From contig OZ024743.1 of assembly GCA_964016885.1 (NCBI GenBank), positions 78,120,001 to 78,184,000 on the forward strand: 64,000 nt of DNA. Reading direction: 5' to 3'. The notes below the pieces were generated by a model that saw only the letters and a list, made by a program, of their open reading frames with translations, did no database searches and was not told where the DNA came from. Numbering within the stretch: position 1 is the first letter of the stretch; the number at the start of each line of letters is the position of its first letter. This document shows, in pieces, positions 26,101 through 40,416 of the stretch. The stretch is from Eledone cirrhosa (Eukaryota). The position numbers and the translations under genes are program-made.

Positions 26101-26924
26101 GAATTGTACTTGCGTATGTTTGCCAAGAAATGTTTAGATTCGCTTGTGTCACCTGATACTAACGTTGATAATGGTTCAGGTGGTGTATGTAATTCTGGCA
26201 ATTTCACTTTTCCACCCGAGCAGCACATTCCTGGTGTTTCATTTTTAAATTTGAGGGCACCACAATACCCGCATAATTTATCCATTTTTCCAATAATCAC
26301 ACTTGGATGAAGACTGTAATCATAATTTGAATCGTAATGAAATGCACCAAGATTTAAATCAGCGTGCAGTATTCTTCTGGTGAGAGCATTGCGTAGTCGA
26401 TTCGTTTCCACTCTTGCTTCCCGTTGCTCGTCTGTTTCAGATGAACGGGCTTGAGCAGTTCTTACTCGAACGGTTTGCAATCTTGCTTCCCGTTGCTCGT
26501 CTGTTTCAGATGAACGGGCTTGAGCAGTTCTTACTCGAACGGTTTCCAATCTTGCTTCCCGTTGCTCGTCTGTTTCAGATGAACGGGCTTGAGCAGTTCT
26601 TACTCGAATGGTTTCCAATCTTGCTTCCCGTTGCTCGTCTGTTTCAGATGAACGGGCTTGAGCAGTTCTTACTCGAACGGTTTCCAATCTTGCTTCCCGT
26701 TGCTCGTCTGTTTCAGATGAACGGGCTTCAGCATTGCGTAGTCGATTCGTTTCCAATCTTGCTTCCCGTTGCTCGTCTGTTTCAGATGAACGGGCTTTAG
26801 CATTGCGTAGTCGATTCGTTTCCAATCTTGCTTTCCGTTGCTCGTCTGTTTCTGAAGCTCGTAATGCATATTTTTTCCTTGCTTGAGGTGTAGATTGACC
26901 AATCGCTCGTCGTTTGGGAGGCAT
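23137..26924 (-). mobile_element. Helitron Rep/helicase pseudogene, 3'-truncated
   Basis: Rep motifs FITFTCNP, EWQKRGLPHAHIL, KYIYKYINKG; PIF1 helicase DAPGGTGKTF, IIWDE; in-frame stops and frameshifts. Confidence 0.95.
26385..26865 (-). repeat. 69-bp coding tandem repeat, 7 x 23 aa, STPR-like
   Basis: Unit RSSETDEQREARLETVRVRTAQA. Confidence 0.9.
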
Positions 26925-26934
26925 AATTGAATAG

Positions 26935-27002
26935 AAAATGGGGAATCGAACTCACAACCTCATGATTGTGAATCCAACTCTCTAACCACTCAGCCACGTG
27001 CC
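26935..27002 (-). mobile_element. tRNA-derived SINE head
   Basis: Minus: GGCACGTGGCTGAGTGGTTAGAG (A box) ... GAGTTCGATTCC (B box); similar heads at 45221 and 56211. Confidence 0.7.
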
Positions 27003-27033
27003 TATATATACATATATATATATAGAAGCACAT

Positions 27034-27319
27034 TCATGGTGTTTCATTTTTAAATTTGAGGGCACTAGAATACCCGCATAATTTATCCATTTTTCCAATA
27101 ATCACACTTGGATGAAGACTGTAATCATAATTTGAATCGTAATGAAATGCACCAAGATTTAAATCACCGTGCAGTATTCTTCTGGTGAGAGCATTGCGTA
27201 GTCGATTCTTTTCCACTCTTGCTTCACGTTGCTCGTCTGTTTCAGATGAACGTAGATAAAGGACAAACATACAAACAAACAAATATACATTCATTTATAT
27301 ATATATATATATATACAGA
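27034..27319 (-). mobile_element. Internally deleted Helitron derivative
   Basis: Helitron-type 5' end A|TCTG(TA)nAATGAATG fused to a copy of about 26234-26446. Confidence 0.7.
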
Positions 27320-27510
27320 TTAATCTACCCGAGTGTGGAGAGATCATAAACAATTCATATAGTTAATTAATGATGCAAAACAATAGGAAAACAGAGTCAA
27401 AATAAGACATTGAAAAACAATGAAAAATTAAACAAACAACATGTTATTCATATTAATATTGATTTATGCATCTTCATAAAAAAAATATATCTACATATAC
27501 ATATATACAC

Positions 27511-27547
<37 letters not shown>

Positions 27548-27881
27548 CACATATATACATACACATACATATATACTATATTTTACAAATTATACTGAGA
27601 TAAATGCAAACCTACCTCCTTCAGTCCTCTATCATCAGTGAAGAATGAGAAAACAGTAAAACAATTGTGGAAAAAGATGGTATGGTGGTTACAGTAGAGA
27701 AAGATAATTAGGTCAGACCAATGGACAGCAAATTTAAGTACAATAGATTAAGATGAAGAACATGTTATTTGTTTAATTTTTCATTGTTTTTCAATGTCTT
27801 ATATATATATATACACACGTAGTAAATAAAGAGGTATTCCCCCTCCTTCCTGGACATACATACAAACAAACATACATTTAT

Positions 27882-27941
<60 letters not shown>

Positions 27942-28041
27942 TTTATATATATGTATATGTATATGTATATATTTGTGTATGTGTATTTATATATATTTCT
28001 GTATAAGAGTATATATTTGTAGATGTGTTTGTATATGTGTA

Positions 28042-28103
<62 letters not shown>

Positions 28104-28180
28104 TCCGGGAGCTTCCAACAGTAATGGTTGCACTTTTTAAAGGTATGTCAATATTTATTTATAAAACTGATCTATATTAT

Positions 28181-28243
28181 ATTTTGTCTGATGAAAGCAC
28201 ACCATAATTTAACTTGGTGTCCTTGAAATATGTATAATGAAAT
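28181..28243 (+). ncRNA. Type I hammerhead ribozyme in a (TA)n-flanked PLE remnant (about 28100-28377)
   Basis: attttgt-CTGATGA-aagcacacca..tggtgtcctt-GAAA-tatgta-TA-atgaaat; family shared with 19480-19760. Confidence 0.8.
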
Positions 28244-28372
28244 AAATATGGTTGTATAAATATAGTTTCCATTGGTTTATGTCGTATGTTTACTCCAAAT
28301 ACTTTTTGAGTGCTTTATATCAGTTATAAAAAATATTTGCTTGTTGTATCCCAACAATTTAAATAGAACTTT

Positions 28373-28442
<70 letters not shown>

Positions 28443-28534
28443 TATTGAAGTTTCCGTTGAGAATTGAAAAAGTCATAGGAGTGCTCTATGTAAGTACCAG
28501 AGCAAAATTTTATGTATAATAAACAATACAATAT

Positions 28535-28612
28535 AATTACCTCATTACCAGAGGTTTCCCGAATAAGTCGAATACGAAAAACGTCCGCATTCGTTCGTCG
28601 GACAAGGCAATT
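28535..28612 (-). ncRNA. Type I hammerhead-like motif, element-sense copy
   Basis: Reverse complement of 31787-31864. Confidence 0.65.
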
Positions 28613-28719
28613 TAAAACATAGTGAAATATTTGGAAAGTCTCCTCAAGAAATGCGAAAAATATATAAATAAAAGTAATGCAAGAGATATTAAAAAAATAT
28701 ATATATAAAAGAATATATA

Positions 28720-28779
<60 letters not shown>

Positions 28780-31623
28780 TATAAAAAATATATTTAAAAA
28801 ATATAAGGAAATATAGTTAGGGTATGTGTATATGTATGTATATACACTCACAAATGTACATATGTGTGTATGTACAAATGCATGTGTATGGTGAAAATGT
28901 GTGCGTAAGTACATATATGAGGGCAAGTATATTTGTGTATATGTGAACACAAATACGTATATAATATGAGTTGAAAAAGAAAATGATAATATAGTTGACA
29001 CGCATCCAGATACAGGTATTAAATACACATACGAGTATGAAAGCACGCGTATAAACACACACACGCGCGCAGTCACTTATATGCGGAAGATAAAGCGGGA
29101 AGGGAGTGTAATAGTAAAAAGAAGTGTCATTCTCGATATATGTATAAAAATGAAACAATATATGAGAATGAAAAACATTTTTAAATCAAAGAGAAAGTAA
29201 TCAATTAACACTAGAGAAAAGAAAACAAACATAGGTACGCACGTACATACACATATATCTATAAAAAAATATTTATACACACAAATACGTACAGACAAAA
29301 GCGCATGCATGCGTACATACATACACACGAGGCACGTATATATATATATATACATATCGCCCCATGTATATCTAATAACACGTACGTACGCAACTATATA
29401 TATATATATACACATACATACCCATACATACATATACATATATACACATATACATACACATTCACATACATTCACCCGCATACACACACACGTAAAAATA
29501 AGAATGTAAAAACATAGATATAAAAAAAACATAGATATAAAACAACACACATACACACACATATATATACACGTACGCACGCACACATACGGAGGTGTTC
29601 GTATACATATACAGAACGTATACACACATAAGCACACTCAGACACATAGATACAGATTATAAATCAGCCATATGAATAAATGAGTACAAATATAAAATCG
29701 GCTGCGAAACAACAGAATATATCTGGAGTGGAAAACGCAAGTGACATTTGAAATCAGGCAGTGAAAGAAAATGGGGAAGTAAAATATGAAATGTGAAGGT
29801 ATTAGGTAAGTGAATCGAAAAGTAGGGGGGGGGGGGGGGTACTGGTGGATGTGAAGTAAAAATTAAAAATAAACTTAAAAATAAAGTTAAAAATGAAAGT
29901 AAATCCGAAAGAGAAGTCTGTAAAGAGAATAATTTAAGGAAAGTGAAGAATAAGAGTTTATGGAGGATATGTATCTGAAAGTGAGTTAAGTTTATATGAG
30001 CTGGAAAGCAAGTGTGATTTCATGTGTGGGTAACTGGTGAAAATTTCTGTTTTTGTATTTAGGCAGGTTTTTGGTGATTTAAGGTTTTGTAAAATCCAAT
30101 ATTTTTCACTTATGCAGAGTGTGCATCTTCTTGTTCCTCTTGCATATTCTTTAGATTGGTTCAAAATTGACCAATCCAATTTATATTGGATACCTTGGTC
30201 TTTCAAATCCCATATTCTGCTAGCCAGAGCTGTTGTGAATCTTTTTTCTGGATGTCGGAAAGATGCGACATGTGAGTAATAACGCGTTTTGAATTTGTCT
30301 TGTGTCATACCCACATAACGTTCGCTGGTGGCTGGTTGGTTGTTGCTGATGGTTGTCACTTTAGCCGCATATACAATGGCTTTGGTGTTGCATTTACCTT
30401 GTAATGAGCATTCACTTTTGACTCTACAGGAGCAATTTTGATGTTCTCTGGGTGATTTCTTATTGATGATATAAGATTTAATAGGGGGACCGCAGGAGTA
30501 GCTAATTGGTCCCTGATTTACTTTCATTTTTAACTTTATTTTTAATTTTATTTTTTATTTTTGCTTCACATCCACCAGTACCCCCCCCCCCCCCCCATAC
30601 TTTTCGATTCACTTACCTAATACCTTCACATTCCATATTTTACTTCCCCATTTTCTTTCACTACCTGATTTCACTTGTCTTCAGATATATTCTGTTGTTT
30701 CGCAGCCGATTTTATATTTGTACTCATTTATTCATATGGCTGATTTATAATCTGTATCTATGTGTCTGAGTGTGCTTATGTGTGTATACGTTCTGTATAT
30801 GTATACGAACACCTCCGTATGTGTGCGTGCTTACGTGTATATATGTGTGTGTGTATGTGTGTTGTTTTATATCTATGTTTTTTTATAGCTATGTTTTTAC
30901 ATTCTTATTTTTACGTTTGTGTGTATGCGGGTGAATGTATGTGAATGTGTATGTATATGTGTATATATGTATATGTATGTATGGGTGTGTATGTGTATGT
31001 GTATATCTATATATAGTCGCGTACGTACGTGTGATTAGATATACATGGGGCGATATATATATATATACGTGCCTCGTGTGTATGTATGTACGCATGCATG
31101 CGCTTTTGTCTGTACGTATTTGTATGTATAAATATTTTTTTATAGATATATGTGTATGTACGTGCGTACCTATGTTGTTTTCTTTTCTCTAGTGTTAATT
31201 GATTACTTTCTCTTTGATTTAAAAATGTTTTTCATTCTCATATATTGTTTCATTTTTATACATATATCGAGAATGACACTTCTTTTTACTATTACACTCC
31301 CTTCTCTCTTTATCTTCCGCATATAAGTGATTGCGCGTGTGTGTGTGTTTATACGCGTGCTTTCATACTCGTATGTGTATTTAATACCTGTATCTGGATG
31401 CGTGTCAACTATATTATCATTTTCTTTTTCAACTCATATTATATACGTATTTGTGGTCACATATACACAAATATACTTGCCCTCATATATGTACTTACGC
31501 ACACATTTTCACCATACACATGCATTTGTACATACACACATATGTACATTTGTGAGTGTATATACATACATATACACATACCCTAACTATATTTCCTTAT
31601 ATTTTTTTTATATATTTTTTATA

Positions 31624-31665
<42 letters not shown>

Positions 31666-31786
31666 ATATATATTTTTTTTTTTTATATATTCTTTTATAT
31701 ATTTTTTTTTAATATCTCTTGCATTACTTTTATTTATATATTTTTCGCATTTCTTGAGGAGACTTTCCAAATATTTCACTGTTTTA

Positions 31787-31864
31787 AATTGCCTTGTCCG
31801 ACGAACGAATGAGGACGTTTTTCGTATTCGACTTATTCGGGAAACCTCTGGTAATGAGGTAATT
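31787..31864 (+). ncRNA. Type I hammerhead-like motif, CCGACGA core
   Basis: aattgccttgt-CCGACGA-acgaat..attcg..-GAAA-cctctgg-TA-atgaggtaatt (11-bp stem I with GU pairs). Confidence 0.65.
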
Positions 31865-31877
31865 ATATTGTATTGTT

Positions 31878-31922
<45 letters not shown>

Positions 31923-31924
<2 letters not shown>

Positions 31925-32579
31925 CATACGTTAAGACGGGCGTTCGTGAAAGTGAAAGTAAATTTTTTGACAAGTGAATTTTTTTTTTTTTTTTTTACAA
32001 TGAAAGTTACGATACACCAGCAATTGTATGGATTTCTTAAAATATATATATGTGTGGGTGTGTATATGTGTGTATATATGTGTGTACACTGTGAATTTGT
32101 TTGTTTATTTACAACGGGTCTCTATAGTGATATGGTGTTAATTAGTATTGCGTGTGTGATTATTTTTTCTTTTTCTTTTTTTGTGTATTGTGTGTACGGA
32201 AATGTTTTTAAAAAATAATGACATTGTGTGTTGAAAGAAATCAATTTTTTTTAAATAACTACATAGTTAGACGTTTGTTGCATCAGACACATATATATAC
32301 ACACATATACACACCCACACATATATATATAAGAAAAAATAATCACACACGCAAAACTAATTAACACCATATCACTATAGAGACCTGTTGTAAATAAACA
32401 AACAAATTCACAGTGTACACACATATATACACACATATACACACCCACACATATATATATTTTAAGAAATCCATACAATTGCGTGTGTATCGTAACTTTC
32501 ATTGTAAAAAAAAAAAAAAAAAATTGACTTGTCAAAAAATTTACTTTCACTTTCACGAACGCCCGTCTTAACGTATGCC
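31923..32579. mobile_element. Merlin-related non-autonomous foldback MITE
   Basis: TIRs GGCATACGTTAAGACGGGCG.. of about 240 bp; shares blocks with the Merlin TIRs at 21253 and 23110; (TA)n flanks. Confidence 0.85.
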
Positions 32580-32647
<68 letters not shown>

Positions 32648-32651
<4 letters not shown>

Positions 32652-33050
32652 TCATCATCATCATCATAATTGTTTAACGTCCATCTTCCACGCTTGCATG
32701 GATTTGGACGGGAATTTTCCCACTTGAGGCAAGGCTGGTCGGGTGACCGTGTCTCGCTCATATAGGACTGTCTGGCAGGTTTTCTACGGCTGGATGCCCT
32801 TCCTAACACCAACCACGTTTACAGTGTGGACTGGGAGGTTTTTACCGTGTTACCTACAGGGCCACATTACAGCGTGGACTGTGTGTTTTTTTTTTCGTGA
32901 CACCTACACGACTTCATTTATTTCGGACTGGATGTTGTGGTACCAACATAACTTTACATCGAAAGGGGTGGTGTGGATGCGGTAGGGGTAGTGGGACGGG
33001 GGTGTATTTTTGTTAGAGGTGCCTACTGACTGTAGGTTTCGCTTTGTACT
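32648..33050 (-). mobile_element. RTE 3' UTR fragment
   Basis: Near-identical reverse complement of 7555-7945; another copy at about 41000-41320. Confidence 0.85.
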
Positions 33051-33221
33051 ATATATATATATATATATATACAGTATTTTCCGTTGTGTTGTAATATAAA
33101 TATTACACACAGTAGATTATCAGCTCACGTAGAGTTTGCTCGACGGTTCCAGTTGTAGTTCCAAAAGTAATCCGGAGAAAAATAGAAAGATTTGAATGGA
33201 TACAGTTTAGTTGAAAGGAAT

Positions 33222-33341
33222 TTATTGACACGTGTTTCTATAACAGTTACGTAACCTAAAACAGCTGCTATCTACAAACTTTTAGTTATGCAGACATTCA
33301 ATATTTCAATGTTATTATTTACTGTCATTTCATCAGAATAA
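33222..33341 (-). ncRNA. Hammerhead ribozyme in the 3' pLTR
   Basis: Reverse complement of 37512-37631. Confidence 0.78.
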
Positions 33342-33883
33342 TATTACTGAGGACCTATTTAGTTTTTATAGAGAATATTAGGAGGGAGGGGTGAAGTTGT
33401 TAGAAGAATAGTTGAAGGAGTGGTTTTTCGATAGCAGTGAGAATTCTTGGTGGCAGTGAGTAATTAGATTCCCATCTGTTGTTTTGACATTTTTTATAGA
33501 ATATATTATTGGTTATTTTTCTAAATCTATAGAAGGATTAGAGATAGTAAAGATATGCGTGGTTGGTTTTGTGTTTGCACTTAATTAACATTCAGACTTA
33601 AATTTTTCTTTCAAGTGTAAGTATCCTTTCACACACGCATTCACACACAAATATATTTGCGCACCTCTACAAAATACATATACTCACAATTCACATATTC
33701 ATACTGACATATATATACACACATGTATTCATGTACATACATACGCGCTCATGTGTATACATTTTCATACTCAACTTATCTTTATATACACACGTATAGA
33801 CACACACATATATACATACATACTCTAGTCCATGTGTACACACATACACATACATACACATCTATATACACATACATACACAC

Positions 33884-34038
<155 letters not shown>

Positions 34039-34305
34039 CACTTTAATACATGAATACACTTACATCTAACTATACACATCAAACATATATATATATTTAC
34101 TTATTTATATACATTTTCACATATATATACATACTTATGGACGTTTTTAGACACATTCATTATCGCATATTTGCACCTATTCTCATCAGCATATCTTTCC
34201 ATTATTAGTGTGGTAATTTAAGGTTATTAATATATGTTGAGAAGAGATTGTTTTTATATTTTTCTAACTAGATTAAGGTTTATATAGTTGGGGGATGTCC
34301 CTCTT

Positions 34306-36627
34306 TTATGTAATATTCGGCTTGTAGTGGGAAAAAAGGGTTTTAGTTCTGTGACGGCAGAATAATGTTCGTTCAATTCTGTTATTCAGCAGTTTCTTCT
34401 TGTGTGTGATTATGTAATAAATCTCAAGATTACACAATTTGCAGAAATTTTGGCTCCTGGAAAAGCTTTGGGTTTTAGCTAATTTCTCCCATTTTAGGGT
34501 AAACTTTTGATCGCTATCCCTGAGCGTCCAAGCTTTTTCTGCTAAAGTTGTTACATTTCTTTGGCTCTGGTGTTTTATTGAGTAAGAATGCCTATACAAT
34601 CGAGATTTAAACGATGTTGCCGTTGATCCCACGTAATACCACTCGTTGCCTCCGGATTTAATGGTACACTTATAAATAATATTTTTTTCCAGGCAGTTAT
34701 TGCCGAGGGGGCACTTGTCAGGATAGGTGCAGTTACAGTTGTGTACGTTGGGTTTTCTCTGGAGTAGTATTGTGGACGAACTTAGGTGTGGTTTATTTAT
34801 GTTCTGTAGTGTATTGTCTACTGTTTTTTTTGTGTTCTTTGTACTTAAGTTCTTAGTGTTTTCGTTTAACCTTCTAGTATTGATCTTTTTTATGTGTTGT
34901 TCAAGGTTTAACGCTGTAGAGTATGACAGTCTTATAGTGGTAGGGTTTAGGATTTTGTGGTATTTGTGTGATGTGGGAAAATGTCTTTTAATTATTTTAA
35001 AGAAGAGTACTGGTAAATTTGTACTAATGGAACTATTGTATTCGGGGTTATACCATAAGTATTCTTTGCATCGCTTTCTATTAGTTTTGTTTGTTGGTTT
35101 ACTGGTGTGCATACTATGGTAGTAAGTGTGGTTTGGTGTTGTGTTATTATATCTACCTATGTGGGATTTATTTTGGGTGTTTTAATTGTTCCCATCTATG
35201 TACTCTATTTTGTTGAGGTAGCCTGCTTTACTAAGGGCGTTATCGTAGTACTCGGCGTGTTCCTTAAATACTTGTATGTTAGAAGATAGACCCGAGATTC
35301 TAAGGGAAATATTTTTAGGGATAGATTTAATTATAGAGATGGGGTGGTTAGACCCAACATTTACGTATTTGAGATTTTCATTCAATTTATGAAACGGTTT
35401 AATCAAACCAGAGTTTAAATTGAGTGTGACATCCAGGAAGTTAACTACTTTAAGGTTGTATTCATATGTTATAGTTAGTCCTATTTCGAGTAGTAGTTTT
35501 CTTATATCTTTGCGTAGTTTTTCTAGTTTTTGGTTATTAAGGTTTTTAGCTAGGAGGAGAACATCGTCGCGGTATATTCCGCCGTGGAGATTGCTGAATT
35601 TTTCCTGGAGTCTAAAGGCGATAAATAACCCCACAATATCAGTTATTTCCGCCGAATCGTTAGAGCCCATTGTTATGTCAAAGTTAGAGGGTCTATCTTT
35701 ACGTACCCAATAACTGTTCTCAAATTTGACTATAGTTTTCCTAGCTTCTAATATAATCTTAATTTCATCGTTTGTAAGGTCAGAGTTATCCTTAGCAAAC
35801 TTAATGGCTCTATTCAAAGTTTCAGGTGATATCGATGAGTAATATTCATCGATATCAAACTGGATAAACTTAGATTTATTCTTATTGCTAATGCTATTAA
35901 ACCATCTTATTGCTTCTTGGGTCTTCCCCCAGAGTTTAATGTTAACCTTAGCCTTAATTTGGGGGATGATTCTATCTAAGATATATTTGCTTATTTTACC
36001 TATATCTGATTTAGAGGGGCAGATTAATCTAATTTTAGGGTCATTATCAAAGTTTACCTTGTGGTCCTTAAGATTGAAGGTGGGTACCGCCGGTAAGAGT
36101 GGTCCTGTCTTATCTTCGATTCCGAGATTTTTCACTATTTCGCATGCCTCATCATTGATGTGCTTAAGGGTTACTTCACTCGTTTTTCTATATTTTTTAT
36201 GTAATTCTTTTCGAATGAAGTTGTTGTATGTAGTGCAATCCATAGTGTACAGGTTTGATGTTTTGTCCGCTTTTACTACAATTCCTTTGGTGTTTTTAAG
36301 GTCGTCCAGTAGTTTTTTTATATCTTTCTGTAATTTGCTGTTGGTGTTGCGTCCTTTGAATTTAATTTTAAGGATTAAGTTCATAAGGTCCTGCTCAAAT
36401 GCATCTAATAGTGGGTTGGTGGGTGGGTTTTTACAAGTCCTAAAACCGAATTTGTTTTTTACACCACTTTCTAATGTTGAGTTCATACGGCTTCTATCAT
36501 AGTGGAGCGTTTTCCACCTGACACGTCGAATGAATTCATTAGTTTTTTGAATCAAACTCAATAAATATTCCTTTCTACCTTGGGTTGGTATGTTTTTGAG
36601 TGACATATCCAGGTAGTGTTTTTCCAT
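34306..36627 (-). pseudogene. PLE reverse transcriptase + GIY-YIG endonuclease ORF with a single in-frame TAA
   Basis: SLKNIP, RRVRWK, ADKT, LKDHK, FIQFDI, TMGS, IYRDD, FLDV; CNC..CPLGNNC, IIY..YVG, CKLC; both ORF pieces are in one frame, separated only by TAA at 35182-35184. Confidence 0.92.
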
Positions 36628-36831
36628 TGTTGTGGTTGCGTTTGCTGTGTGGGTTGCTCGACTTTACAGGAGGTAAATATACAGTATTTTCCGTTGTGTT
36701 GTAATATAAATATTACACACAGTAGATTATCAGCTCACGTAGAGTTTGCTCGACGGTTCCAGTTGTAGTTCCAAAAGTAATCCGGAGAAAAATAGAAAGA
36801 TTTGAATGGATACAGTTTAGTTGAAAGGAAT

Positions 36832-36951
36832 TTATTGACACGTGTTTCTATAACAGTTACGTAACCTAAAACAGCTGCTATCTACAAACTTTTAGTTATG
36901 CAGACATTCAATATTTCAATGTTATTATTTACTGTCATTTCATCAGAATAA
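36832..36951 (-). ncRNA. Hammerhead ribozyme in the 5' pLTR
   Basis: Direct copy of 33222-33341 (+3610). Confidence 0.78.
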
Positions 36952-37511
36952 TATTACTGAGGACCTATTTAGTTTTTATAGAGAATATTAGGAGGGAGGG
37001 GTGAAGTTGTTAGAAGAATAGTTGAAGGAGTGGTTTTTCGATAGCAGTGAGAATTCTTGGTGGCAGTGAGTAATTAGATTCCCATCTGTTGTTTTGACAT
37101 GAATACATGTGTGTATATATATGTGTATGCATGTGTATATATATGTAAGTATGAATATGTGAATTGTGAGTATATGTATTTTGTAGAGGTGCGCAAATAT
37201 ATTTGTGTGTGAATGCGTGTGTGAAGGGATATTTACACTTGAAAGAAAAATTTAAGTCTGAATGTTAATTAAGTGCAAACACAAAACCAACCACGCATAT
37301 CTCTACTATCTCTAATCCTTCTATAGATTTAGAAAAATAACCAATAATATATTCTATAAAAAATGTCAAAACAACAGATGGGAATCTAATTACTCACTGC
37401 CACCAAGAATTCTCACTGCTATCGAAAAACCACTCCTTCAACTATTCTTCTAACAACTTCACCCCTCCCTCCTAATATTCTCTATAAAAACTAAATAGGT
37501 CCTCAGTAATA

Positions 37512-37631
37512 TTATTCTGATGAAATGACAGTAAATAATAACATTGAAATATTGAATGTCTGCATAACTAAAAGTTTGTAGATAGCAGCTGTTTTAGGTT
37601 ACATAACTGTTATAGAAACACGTGTCAATAA
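37512..37631 (+). ncRNA. Type I hammerhead ribozyme with expanded stem II (inverted pLTR)
   Basis: ttatt-CTGATGA-aatgacagt..actgttata-GAAA-cacgtg-TC-aataa. Confidence 0.78.
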
Positions 37632-37665
37632 ATTCCTTTCAACTAAACTGTATCCATTCAAATCT

Positions 37666-37770
<105 letters not shown>

Positions 37771-37787
37771 CATATGTGTGTGTGTGT

Positions 37788-38120
37788 GACACCTGAAATA
37801 TAGCTTAAGAGAAACTTGACAATAATGATAGGCACCCAGTATTTGAACTGGTTTATAGAATTCTCTTGGCCTTTGCCTCTCTAAGTAGAGCTTTAAAGAA
37901 TTAGCTTTTAAAGAATTTCCCTTTTTTTAAAATCCACCAACCATGACCGACCCCTGACCATTTTATAGACACCTGAAATATAGGCATTGTTAGCTTAAGA
38001 GAAACTTAAAAATAAGGAGTAGCACCCCAATTTGAACTTGTTTATAGAAATCTTTCTGCCTATGTCACTCTAAATATAAATTATAGCCTTAAAGAATTAG
38101 CTTTTAATGAATTCCCTTTT
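37788..38120. repeat. Imperfect ~180-bp tandem duplication
   Basis: gacacctgaaatatag..gcttaagagaaactt..gtttatagaa..aaagaattagctttt occurs twice. Confidence 0.65.
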
Positions 38121-38347
38121 CTTTCAACCAATGATCTCCACCCATGCCACTCCCCACCCTCTCCTTCCTCCAGAAAAGATATAAATAGCACAACATTTAT
38201 TTTGGACAGCCAGATTCCTGATGATTTCTAAAGGATGAAACAGTTCTAGTCCTGTAGAATCTCATCTATATTAAAACTTTTTTACTCTGCTATGTATTGA
38301 GTACCTTACTTACTGTGGTTACCTCCGATTCAAACCGGAATAACTTA

Positions 38348-39214
<867 letters not shown>

Positions 39215-39312
39215 TATATATATATAATAGCTTACTGCAGGACATATCTACTATTCAGATGTAAACAACATATAGTTGTTTATTTAATGTTGTTGCTGTT
39301 GTTGTTTTACAG

Positions 39313-39527
39313 GATGGTGATGAGTATGCTGTACTATGGAACAACAATTAATGCTGTTGACATGGCCGGAAACAAATACATAAACTTCCTGCTGATGATG
39401 GCAGTAGAGATACCATGCTATTTATGTAGTTACTTTTTATTTATATGTTTTGACCATCGAAAACCCATTAGTTTTTTCATGATGTTTAGTGGATTAAACT
39501 GCATCATCTCTAATTTTGTACCCAAAG
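39313..39527 (+). CDS. SLC22-like transporter exon
   Basis: ttttacag acceptor; first G completes the TG|G Trp codon from exon 1198-1467; MVMSMLYYG...GNKYINFLLMMAVEIP...; G|gtaata donor. Confidence 0.92.
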
Positions 39528-39550
39528 GTAATATATATATACATAAATAC

Positions 39551-39585
<35 letters not shown>

Positions 39586-40416
39586 CATGCAGGATATCCA
39601 TAGATAAAAGGCCAATGAAAATAATGCTCTATTTATTTGGAAGACAGCTTATGTAGGATAATTAAAATGTAATACACTTAACATATATGCACGACCTTAG
39701 GTGTCAGGGTCATGTTATGGCCACTACTATATAATAGAGGAGCTATATAGTTTTAATACAGCGGAGAGCCCGTTTTCGCGAACAAGGGAAGTAATTCCAA
39801 AGGTCTGAATTTCTCTTTGAAACGTGTCTGTGTGTAATATGTGCATAACTTAATTTATAAGCTAATCTGTATGTATGTATATGTGAGTAACTTGAGTTGT
39901 AAGCTAATTATCTAAAGAAAATTTAAACACTTTAAAGGAGTTAGTTACAGACAGAGATTGTAGATTGTTTACCCTTGAGGGGCCAATGTCGATATCTTCT
40001 GATGGAATATATTTATATCTGTGTGTAATCTAGTGGGAAGTTATTTTGCAAATATCTAAGTCCCTTTTAAAAACTTCGCAATAATTAAAATTTGAACACA
40101 CAAAAAATGTTTAATTGTATGTGTGTTAATTAGCGTGCAATGTGATTTTGTAAGGCTGAAACCTCTTTTAACATTCTATCATGTTGTGTGTATGTGTATA
40201 TGTGTATGTGGATGTGATGTGTTTAATTTTTTGTGACAGAGAGGAATTGGATCATGGAGGATTTAGCAGGTCTGGTGAGGAAGGGGGGGGGGGCATCTTG
40301 TAGTGTAAGTTTTACCTATTAGATATTCACCTGTAATGTAATGTATAACGAGGAGGAGGAGAAGGTGAAGGACTGAGGCATCTGCTCTAATATGTTTTGA
40401 TTTAATTATGTTTTAG

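Larger units (their letters stand above)
28441..31884 (-). mobile_element. 5'-truncated Naiad-type PLE with a long inverted terminal copy
   Basis: GIY-YIG endonuclease 29958-30514 (NCSCRVKSECSLQGKC, IVY, YVGMT, FKTRY, CTLCISEK); inverted arms 28515-29905 and 30515-31884; (TA)n flanks. Confidence 0.9.

Noticed and set aside
26935-27002. Functional tRNA gene
   Set aside because: Acceptor and anticodon stems pair poorly; matches SINE heads elsewhere in the window
35182-35184. Selenocysteine recoding in the Naiad ORF, as reported for some Naiads
   Set aside because: The interrupting stop is TAA in a low-complexity linker, not TGA at a conserved Cys; zinc-finger cysteines are ordinary Cys codons in the Naiad pieces
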